From positions 40,178,001-40,242,000 of the forward strand of contig CM119371.1 of the NCBI GenBank assembly GCA_051294905.1: a stretch of 64,000 nt of DNA, in the 5' to 3' direction. Of the stretch, positions 63,012 to 64,000 are shown in pieces. Under the pieces are notes generated by a model that worked only from the letters and a program-made list of their open reading frames with translations, made no database searches and had not been told where the DNA came from. The position numbers and the translations under genes were made by a program. Within the stretch, counting starts at the first letter, position 1. Each line of letters opens with the position of its first letter. This DNA comes from Botryllus schlosseri (taxonomy: Eukaryota).

Positions 63012-64000
63012 ATGTATATGTGTATTGCATAATATTGTATGCATGTTTTATGAGCAGACCTGATATGGCATGATAGTGACTTCTACTATACTGTTATACT
63101 GTTATTATCGGCAAACAATTTGCCGATGCGATGTCAGAAGTCACTGTGTTGACCTATTGCTAATTAGATGGCGCTTTCTTGAGGACTTGAAATCATCCCC
63201 TGCGTGCTAATTCATGTCTACATGCTCACTCTAGAATTGCCGCGCTCCCAGTAATGTTGCTTGCTACCGAAGGTAGTCACAAGCACACAAGTCGTTTTCG
63301 ACTACTTCTAGTACTTACTCAAGTAAAACTAATATTTCGCTATACTTTTCACTATTTACAGTTTGTGAATTAAATGATTATATTATTCCAATAGAGAGAG
63401 AGAATGAGACTAAAAAAATATAGTGACGTTTTTTGCCGAGTATCAAAAATAATTTACCTATCACAAAAGTTTAAAAAAGTTGGGAATGTTCGTCGTGCTT
63501 CAAGCAAAATAGATATGGAGCGACAAGAATGTTTTCATGGAACTGTTGGTCAGTATCATTTAGGTAGGTTCATTTCATAACATACTTTCGCCTATATGAC
63601 ACGTTTCATCGTGCAGTAAATATGGCTCGGAAAAGATATTCGGAACTATCTCATCGTAATCTTGCACCCTAGCCGCACAGCAAGTGTTCAAACAGGGAAA
63701 AAGTGGTCCTTGACTTTTTAGCGCTAGACCGTTGAGCGTCAATCACTGTTGAAATCGTCTGAAACCTGTTTTACATATTGTAGTTGAATTTCTCTTCATG
63801 CACGGTATCATTACAGTTGGTTTTTTAATCAATCTTAGTTCTTTTGTCCGAGACACATGCGCATAGAAGTGTAATATTACGAAGTAAAATTGAACGTGAA
63901 TGGCATTTTACGATCTACCCTATTGTTGTTTCACGTAATACTCATCGCACAAATCGGTAATACCATTTCTAATACAACTCAATATCGCTTTTCGCCTCAA

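Overview
AT-rich eukaryotic (metazoan) genomic DNA dominated by transposable elements. An invertebrate chordate such as an ascidian is plausible but is only an inference. Main contents: (1) a young BEL/Pao LTR retrotransposon (1-5280) with apparently identical LTRs, whose single open ORF encodes Gag, protease and integrase but lacks RT and RNase H; (2) a GIY-YIG Penelope-like element (36180-38221) built from two 5'-truncated copies in tail-out inverted orientation, with a 737-bp inverted repeat, a 12-bp TSD and a minimal hammerhead ribozyme in each arm, plus about 8 short dispersed relatives, most with the same inverted geometry; (3) two intronless host ORFs, a tail-less XK-family protein and a Kelch-less BTB protein with repeated BACK-like modules; (4) a predicted multi-exon minus-strand gene of unknown function (53292-62216+), two of whose candidate exons lie inside a long-TIR hAT-type element; (5) many MITEs and decayed DNA transposons (hAT/Charlie, Tol2-like, Chapaev3, Kolobok-like, Academ-like), L2-type LINE scraps and a 37-bp satellite with inversions. 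All calls are by eye; no database searches were run.
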